Assembly (NCBI RefSeq): GCF_006345805.1
Contig: NC_043002.1
Span: forward strand, 30,690,001-30,754,000
Reading direction: 5' to 3'
Source of the DNA: Octopus sinensis
Taxonomy: Eukaryota
Length of the DNA: 64,000 bases
Part shown: in pieces, positions 55,765 to 64,000 of the stretch
How the letters are laid out: every line of letters begins with the position of its first letter
Numbering within the stretch: position 1 is the stretch's first letter
Notes under the pieces: model-generated
What the model saw: the letters and a program-made list of their open reading frames with translations, nothing else
Databases searched by the model: none
Told to the model about the DNA's origin: nothing
Made by a program: the position numbers and the translations under genes

Positions 55765-55860
55765 GATAGATAGATAGATAGATACATACATACATACATA
55801 TATATATACATATGCATATGTACATACATATATAAATACATATATATATATATATATATC

Positions 55861-55941
<81 letters not shown>

Positions 55942-57604
55942 CGCCTAGTTTTGCTCCTGTTGGTCGGTCCTTCATGGTCAGACAAGGTTACAGCTAACAA
56001 ACCGGAAACGCTGATTGCTACGGAAGCGAGGTCCGAATTATAAAGTAGCGATGCCAATCACGCGATTTACCCATGGAAATTTGGCATCATTAGGGAGTTC
56101 AATCGATTTTGGTTTTTAGCCTAAACTCAATCGCTTGGGTTCAATGTGTTTTCATTTATTTATTTATCTATATTTCACAGTTGTTGTTGTTGTTGTTTTT
56201 GCTATTATTGTTGTTATTATTTATTTTGTGTATATTATATTATTATTACTTTTGTTTACGTATGTTCTTATTTTTTATTTCTTCTTTTCCTTTATTCCAA
56301 TATTTCTTCGTTTCTTTCTCGCCTATTTCCTTTCAGACAATTGTAGTGGATGGACTCTAATTCAAAGAGCAATTCCTTTCCATCATCACCACCACAACCA
56401 CCACCGCCGCCACCAAAACCACCACCACGATCCCCCCATCACCACCATCACCAACACAACCACCACCACCACCACTTTCTTTCTCTTTTCTCTCTCCCCA
56501 CTGCCTCTGTCTGTCTGTCTCCCCCTCTCCCCCTTTCTATCTCTTTATATATACATATATATATATATATATGTATATATGTGTGTGGATGAATACACGT
56601 TGTCTAAGCATGACAGTCAAATATGACCGAATATCCAAAGAATTAGCAGACATATAAGTGAATTACAGATCACTCCAAGACTAAATATATAAATAAATGA
56701 ATTGAAGAATGTGAACCAAAGACAAACACACGCTTACATACAAATAACAGAAGAACAACAATTGCAATAACAACAACATCAACGACAATAAAATACGTAT
56801 TTCTACTTCGTAAAACATAATCAATTCTGTTTCATGTAATTTTCGTTTTTATATATATTTATTATTCATTTTTCCCCTTTTCTTTCAGTATTAGTGATAT
56901 GTCATACCATCGTGAATTTCTTATGAGAAAATATATCAACAACAATATTGAATACAGTAATAAAAACAGAAACAACAAGAGATGAATCTCAGCAATAACG
57001 GTGTTTGAAGCACCAACACCACCAACACCACCCATACAACCACATCTACATTAAGTAAGAAGTCGCAACTGCATCTCGCTCAAATGTTAGTCTACTGATT
57101 TCTAAAAATGTAAAGTCTCGTTGGTTAATGTAATCCTTGATACACTGGCTGAAGAAAATGATAGGACTGTCGTGGCTGTAGCATCTTTGATCATGATTGT
57201 ACTCGAATGTTGACCACTGAAATCTAAATAAGTTTCAAATATAGGAACAAAGGAAGGCGGCGAACAGGTAGAGGAGTTAGATAGAACACCAGGTAAAATA
57301 GTTAGCGACATTTCGCCCGTCTGTATGTTTGGAGCTCAGATTCTTCATCGGCCGTCTTTGCCTTTCATCCTTTTATCCTTCCAGGGTCTGTAAAATAATT
57401 ACCAGTTGAGTACTGACTTAGTGTCAAAATTTGAAAACGATAAACGAAGGAAGGGATTGAACAATGTATAATTGATTTCAGTACGTGACTGGTTCTTAAA
57501 TTATCAACCACCTAAAAGAAAAAAAAAGACATTCAAATATGATTTTAGCGGGATTTGAACTCAGAGAGTAAATATCCTGAAGAATTACTATAAAGAAGTT
57601 TGGC

Positions 57605-58060
57605 CGACACTTCAACAATTCTTATTTCTTTACTGCCCACAAGGGGCTACACACAGAGGGGACAAACAAGGACAGACGAAGGGATTTAGTCGATTATATC
57701 GACCCCAGTGCGTAACTGGTACTTATTTAATCGACCCCGAAAGGATGAAAGGCAAAGTTGACCTCGGCGGAATTTGAACTCAGAGCGTAACGGCAGACGA
57801 AATACCTATTTCTTTACTACCCACAAGGGGCTACACATAGATGGGACAAACACGGACAGACAAAGGGATGAAGTCGATTATATCGACCCCAGCGTGTCTA
57901 GGCAAAATTATTCAATCGACCACGAAAGGATGAAAGGCAAAGTCGACTTCAGCGGAATTTGAACTCAGAACGTAGCGACAGACGAAATACTGCTAAGCAT
58001 TTCGCCCGGCGTGCTAACGTTTCTGCCAGCTCGCCGTCTTCGACACTTAAACAATCTTAT
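57605..58060 (-). mobile_element. MetaSINE-like SINE with tandemly duplicated 3' part, flanked by a ~20-bp TSD
   Basis: Units ~57621-57805 and ~57806-58035; CGACACTT(C/A)AACAAT(T)CTTAT at 57605 and 58041. Confidence 0.85.
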
Positions 58061-59714
58061 CAGATTCCCGCTTCAGCTTAAGTCAAACCAATAATATTGA
58101 TATAGTGCTACCACCACCACCACCACCACCATCAGCACCACCAGTGAAGAGCACAGCAAGCAATAATCTCCACTACCAACACTAACAACGACAACAACAA
58201 ACAACTACGGAATTAATCTTTCCGAACAACAAAAACAACACTGAAAACAATCCTCGCTGATAATAGTCAAGGCAGCAACAACAACTACAACAACATTATT
58301 AATAAGACGGACGAGAACGAGAAGAGTAACAACAACAACATCAAAGACGACAGTTGCATCAACAACAAAAAAAAAATATGAACGACGACGATGACCAAAA
58401 CAACAACAACAACAACAACAGCAGCAAGAACAACTCCAAATACAGCTAAACCAAGAAGAAAGAAGAACGTTTTCATTCTTGGTAAGAGCTAAAAAAATAT
58501 AAAATAAAAATCGCTAAACGTAATTAATACGACATTATTCATATTTCTTTCTGGTTTCTTATAATTTCTCTTGGAAACGTATCTTGTATTGGGACAGAGA
58601 ATAACAGAAATATTTCCTTTAACTCCGTGATATCTACTAATATTTCGCTTTTGTCTAGGTGAAAGGAAAATTGTGCGATAACAGAAATACGATTCACAAC
58701 AAAGAGATTGCTTGTTCAGTCTTACTACATAATACCTTCGGGAGAGGAATTTTTCTTTTTTCTTTCCTTTTTTTTTACAGTAACTTCGGGTTGATGGAAA
58801 TCAGAGTTCTGTGAGTAGAAGTTAGTGAGCAAAATCAATGCGGAAGTACTTTGTATAATAACATTGCTATGTATGTTTATGTATGTGTGTATCCATGTGT
58901 GCGTCCATGTGTGTTGTGTACGCGTGTCTATGTATGTAAGCATGTATGTTTGCATACACACATGCACACATGCATACATACACACATACATACACACATA
59001 CATATACATATTATACATACATACATTCTGATTATAAATCCCGGCATGGTGAAATTTGCGTTTCACCCATTGAGATTCGATAAATAAAGTAACGGTCTTG
59101 TACTGAGAGAAGGTAGTTGTCTTCCTGTCACTCTTTCTTTTTATCTCTCTATCTGCCTGTACCTGCCTCTCTCTCTCTCTGTTTTCTGCCTGTCTATCTG
59201 TCTGTCTGTCTGTCTCTGTCTCTATCTCTGAAAGGCAGCGGCAGTGTTCAGGTTCTGAGGAGTTGGTCTGCAAACGAAAAACGCCCAAGGCACACCGTCT
59301 GTCATGACGATACCTGAGGGAAAGGGTACAGGCACTCTCACACACTGTATAAATGTGTTTAGGTACGGATGTATGGTAGACATGTCCATTATTAGATCCC
59401 GTATGTCGATGGCGATTCTAGCATGAACACTGACTTTTAAAATAACAAGTAAATCATTCTGTATATCTGTTACCTCTCAATACGTAGTTGTATACAGGAT
59501 TTGTATAAGGATCTTCTTTGATCATAAACGACCATGGAATTGCACCTAGAATGTTATTCTCCAAGGCACAAAACCAAGCAAGGTGTTTGTGGAAAACCAA
59601 CAGTCACCCATGCATAATATACATAGTTCAAACCTATAGAAAAACGAAGACGAAGACAGGTGTTGGAACAACAAAGAAGTGTATTAGTTTGATGCTCGGG
59701 TAAGATGGAAAAGC

Positions 59715-59750
59715 CTTTTAGGTTTCAAGCCAATGCTGTTCGACAGAAAG
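59715..59750 (-). ncRNA. Degenerate hammerhead-like motif, A6U variant, same element family as 52105-52250
   Basis: CTTT-CTGTCGA-A-CAGC-ATTG-GCTT-GAAAC-CTA-AAAG; flanks (ACAGGTGT...TATTAGTTT(G/C)A(T/C)GCTCG) shared with the 52105 copy. Confidence 0.5.
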
Positions 59751-59833
59751 CAATACGAGGAAATAAATAGAGAGACAATGAAACAAAAGTATTATGTCCA
59801 GTGGACCAACATGGTAATAGTACAACAGGGAGA

Positions 59834-59904
<71 letters not shown>

Positions 59905-60034
59905 TTAGAGATAAAACCACTATTAGGCAAATCAAACAATGAAAAACTTAAGCCAATACATAAAATTAATTAATTAAATTATTTTAAATATATATCAAAA
60001 GTATTAAAAGTTTAATAAAAGATAATGAGTAAAA

Positions 60035-60103
60035 GACTACGATCGTTTCATGGCTGTCCAATTCGTAATAATTCGAGTTATGGTTACAGTCAATCTTCAG
60101 GTA
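60035..60103 (-). ncRNA. Type I hammerhead motif with extended helix II
   Basis: AC-CTGAAGA-TTGACTGT...ACAGCCAT-GAAAC-GATC-GTA-GT; palindromic ACGATCGT helix III; helix I only 2 bp. Confidence 0.6.
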
Positions 60104-60554
60104 ATTGAAATATCTAAAATATAATCAGAAATATTTAAACAATATTTTAAAGATATAAATAATATAATAATTTTACTTATAATAAACTCTATTATCAAAC
60201 TAGAAACATAGAACTTAGCAATTATATATATATATATATACACACTATGAGTGCTGAAAATTTTCTGGTCGTAAGGGTGTCACGAATGGTTTGGTTGTTT
60301 TACAGTGTTCCCTGTTCTAATAAATTAATCATGTTTTAGAAATACTGAAGGACCGTTGCAATAAGCGTTTGAATCTGAGAGGGGCGGGATGCGTTGAATA
60401 AAATCATAATACCGATCCTCCAGCATTTTCTTTTATCCAAATCCAAAATATATATGTATATGAATACTTATAGATAGATAGACAGATGTGATTTAGATAT
60501 GATTTTTATGTAGAGATAGAGGTGTCCATATATATAACAGTGTGCGTGTGTGTT

Positions 60555-60586
<32 letters not shown>

Positions 60587-60649
60587 CAGATATGTAGATA
60601 CGCCGACACTCCTTTACCTATATAATAAATGAATTTTTTTTTCTAACAG

Positions 60650-60712
60650 TGAACGGCTGGGGAAGATTCTGTCTAGGCAAAATCTATGTGCACTCTCGAC
60701 GTCCGATTGGAG
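60650..60712 (+). other. Candidate 63-nt exon
   Basis: TTTTTTTTCTAACAG acceptor and GAG|GTATTT donor; two frames open; no homology recognised. Confidence 0.3.
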
Positions 60713-61222
60713 GTATTTCTGATTTGTAGCTAATGATCTTCGTGAATGAATGATCATCTCCGATTACAACTATAGAAATGTTTTTTTTTTATATTATGAC
60801 AAAGAGAAAGCAAATTTTCGCACTATTCCCATATTCAAATTGGGTTCTATTACACATGAGAAAGGAACGATAACCAGCGAGGTTCAATAATCAGCTCGGG
60901 AATTGTAGAAAAAAAAACTTCTAGTTCTTTTCTCAGTTTAATTTTTTTCTTTTCAATATTTACACCTCTTACGATTTATATCATTCCACGGGCGCTGTTA
61001 GTGGCCTAACTTACCATACGTTTTCAACAATATATCATTAAAGATATCATGACTGTAATTTAAAGGATATATGATGTCACGAACTTATTCATTTCTTCCA
61101 AATGGATAATTCGTGATTTGGGAGTCGAAAAATAATATAATTTTATATACTGCGTAGAATCTTTTTATCATGTAAATTATAAAGTGATACGCGTAAATAT
61201 ACATATATATATATATTTATGC

Positions 61223-61485
61223 GCCATTTTCAAGCCTAGCCAGGCTCATGGGGTCGGTTTCCCGGTTCTTGTGGCATATGTGTTCCCCCACCCTAGTAGG
61301 ACTAGATGCCAGTCCATCACAGCGTTACTCAAGAAACAGGAAAAGAGAGTGAGAGAAAGTTGGGGCGAAATAGTGTACAGCAGTGATCACCCCCGCCGGA
61401 GTCTCGTGGAGCCTTAGGTGTTTTCGCTCAATAAAAACACACAACGCCCGGTCTGGGAATCGAAACCGCGAGTCCGCTGCGCCTC

Positions 61486-61486
<1 letters not shown>
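61223..61486 (-). mobile_element. SINE related to the 9185 element, with two deletions in the tRNA head
   Basis: Reverse complement GGAGGCGCAGCGGACTCGCGGTTTCGATTCCCAGACCGGGCG...TGAGCGAAAACACCTAAG...GAACCGGGAAACCGACCCCATGAGCC. Confidence 0.75.
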
Positions 61487-61517
<31 letters not shown>

Positions 61518-61988
61518 CACACATATAAGTGTGTGTGTCTGCATCTGTGTGTGTCCTATAATGTAATATCGATTGGGTATTTTAGATGCACATATTCATT
61601 GACTAACTTATTAGAATAAGGAAGAAATAGATAAGTTTAATAAGATACTTCGTAACCGATTCCACGGTTACGAGATAAAAATTTGTTGAATTAGAAGATA
61701 GCGCATTTGAGCTGGGTTTTACATTCTATATTTAGCAAAGTCTACCTGTTGGGGGAATAATAGTCGAGTTGTCAGGGCAAATCAGATGGCCGTATACTAT
61801 TTTGCTTGTGCAAGAGAGAATTTATTGATTATATGCGAAGATCAGTTAAACACAACTTGTATGGATCACATGTTGTGATTCTTTGAAATGTTACGCTGTT
61901 AAGAGTATTGGGGATTCACAACAATAAGGCAACATCAGCGATAATAATATTAATAATAATAAAGAAATAAATTTAAAATAAAGAAATA

Positions 61989-62283
<295 letters not shown>

Positions 62284-63073
62284 AAGCGCGATGCGATTTG
62301 TATTAAACAGTGATCGGTTCGGTTCGGTTCTGTTAATAGAATTGACTAAAATATCGACAGCTTGTTAGTTTTCGTTGCGTTCAAAATGAAAAATGAAAAA
62401 GAAAGCAGAAATACAGAAGTTTAAATATGAACGGGAATCTCTTGCGTTCCTTTCTGATTACAGTATATTGCTGATGTCTTTTTTGTCAGGGAAAGATTGC
62501 AGGAAATTTTAGTTAACTTGTTACATTTCTGCGAATGTTTCGCATAAAAAAAAAAGAAAGAAAGAAAACGGTGTCTGTAAGTCCAGTATAAAATGTGTGT
62601 CTTGTTTATTAAAAAGTAGCTTCAAATTTTTGGACACAAACGTTTCAGAATTGCCGAATAGTGACAGGGTTATTTTGCAAGCAAAAGTCATCCTACATTT
62701 ACCGTTACCCTCTCCCATCATCTACATTATACGATTAAATGAAATCCGAAAATTCACGTCTTGAGGATAAAACGGATTTGTAATGACATAGGGGATAACT
62801 AAAAACATGCAAATGCATTTGTATATCGTTATGTCAAACATAGTATGGGTGAATCCATATGAAAGGAAATCGCAACTGCCATAGCTAAAATTAACAAGGA
62901 AGGTCAAAACACTTAAACTTAATTTTAGCAGACAAAGTAAATCTCTGTGGTCAATATCCTTTAGAGATTAACTGGCAGCGAAATTTCATTACTTCCATCA
63001 CTGCATGAAAGTTACCTAGATAATTCAGAAAAATGTTCTTGCTTCAAACATATATTTCATCATCCGCTTATAG

Positions 63074-63176
63074 ATCCAATAAAAATGTAAGAGAGGTACT
63101 AACCATTAGATTTAAACTAAATAAAACTACCATGGAGTTTACGAACGCTACACTCCAAAGGCCAAACGCAAGAGAG
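63074..63176 (+). CDS. Candidate exon ending MEFTNATLQRPNARE (ATG 63132 in ACCATGG context)
   Basis: Perfect Kozak context, consensus GAG|GTAAGT donor at 63177, plausible TTATAG acceptor at 63072-63073; no homology recognised. Confidence 0.4.
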
Positions 63177-63877
63177 GTAAGTCTTGTTCATTGTACGACA
63201 ATATATGTCAATTCAATTCCATCACAAATTTTAAAAGAAATGTAATGATTTATACAGAAGGTGGGATGTGTAAGGAATCGCATTTTGTGCAAACAGCGGA
63301 AAGCACCAAACGCATTGGGATTTATACAGCTTGCACAACAGAATGTTTAAATAAAAAAAGATTCAGTGAACATAGGTATGACGTCAGGCACAATAACAGT
63401 AGTATAACGGAAATTGTTGAATATTTTATGTCAAATGGTTAAAATTTGCGGGAACGCTTGGAAGTGCACATTGTTAGAAAATATTCTGATTCTACTTTAT
63501 TTTCATTCTTCAAAACACACAAAGATAAATATACTTGAGAATTACCGACGACATGCCCTGCAGGGATGAAAGAAACGCCAGGAGAGTTATGCTACATTTA
63601 CGCAAAGCCCTTTGAATAAATAATCTCTTTCCCACATTCATTGTGATCTCATTTTCATCGTTACCAGGTATGAAGAAACGAAAGCAAATGACATCGTTTT
63701 ATCTAAAAAAAAAATGAACGTAGCATATTCCCGTTCATATTTTGAATTTCTGTATATCTGCCACATTTCATTTTTCATTTCAAATAATAATATTAGCAAC
63801 AACAATAATAATACCAACAACAACAACAACAATAATAATAATACCAACAACAACAACAACAACAACAACAACAAAAC

Positions 63878-63933
<56 letters not shown>

Positions 63934-64000
63934 TAATAATAATAATAACAACACCAAGAAATCAAAACCTTGTGTTGACATCAACCACCCACATCCTCAG

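Noticed and set aside
59250-59305. CTGAGGA-GTTGG..CAAAC-GAAA motif
   Set aside because: No compatible helix III/NUH or helix I.

Overview
Eukaryotic, AT-rich, extremely microsatellite-dense DNA. The SINE families and repeat landscape look like an octopus (coleoid cephalopod) genome; this is inference. I recognise no intact protein-coding gene, rRNA/tRNA gene or CRISPR array. Nearly all ORF-track entries are microsatellite translations. The interpretable content is transposon-derived: two mariner copies (one full length with TIRs), a DD37D/maT-like remnant, a pogo/Tigger-type MITE, five Tx1/L1-clade LINE pieces, two tandem R4/Dong-type LINE ends, an RTE RT fragment, a Penelope-like (PLE) GIY-YIG remnant and about 25 tRNA-derived SINEs. 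The most notable signal is a set of about a dozen minimal hammerhead-ribozyme (HHR) motifs (CUGANGA...GAAA + palindromic mini-helix III + NUH), often beside fold-back inverted repeats, as expected for PLE termini. One is circularly permuted (type II-like) and two share an A6U core variant. A Tx1-like element appears to target (TATC)n microsatellites. A few + strand exon candidates are listed at low confidence. All alignments and folds were done by eye, and some indels may be long-read assembly errors.
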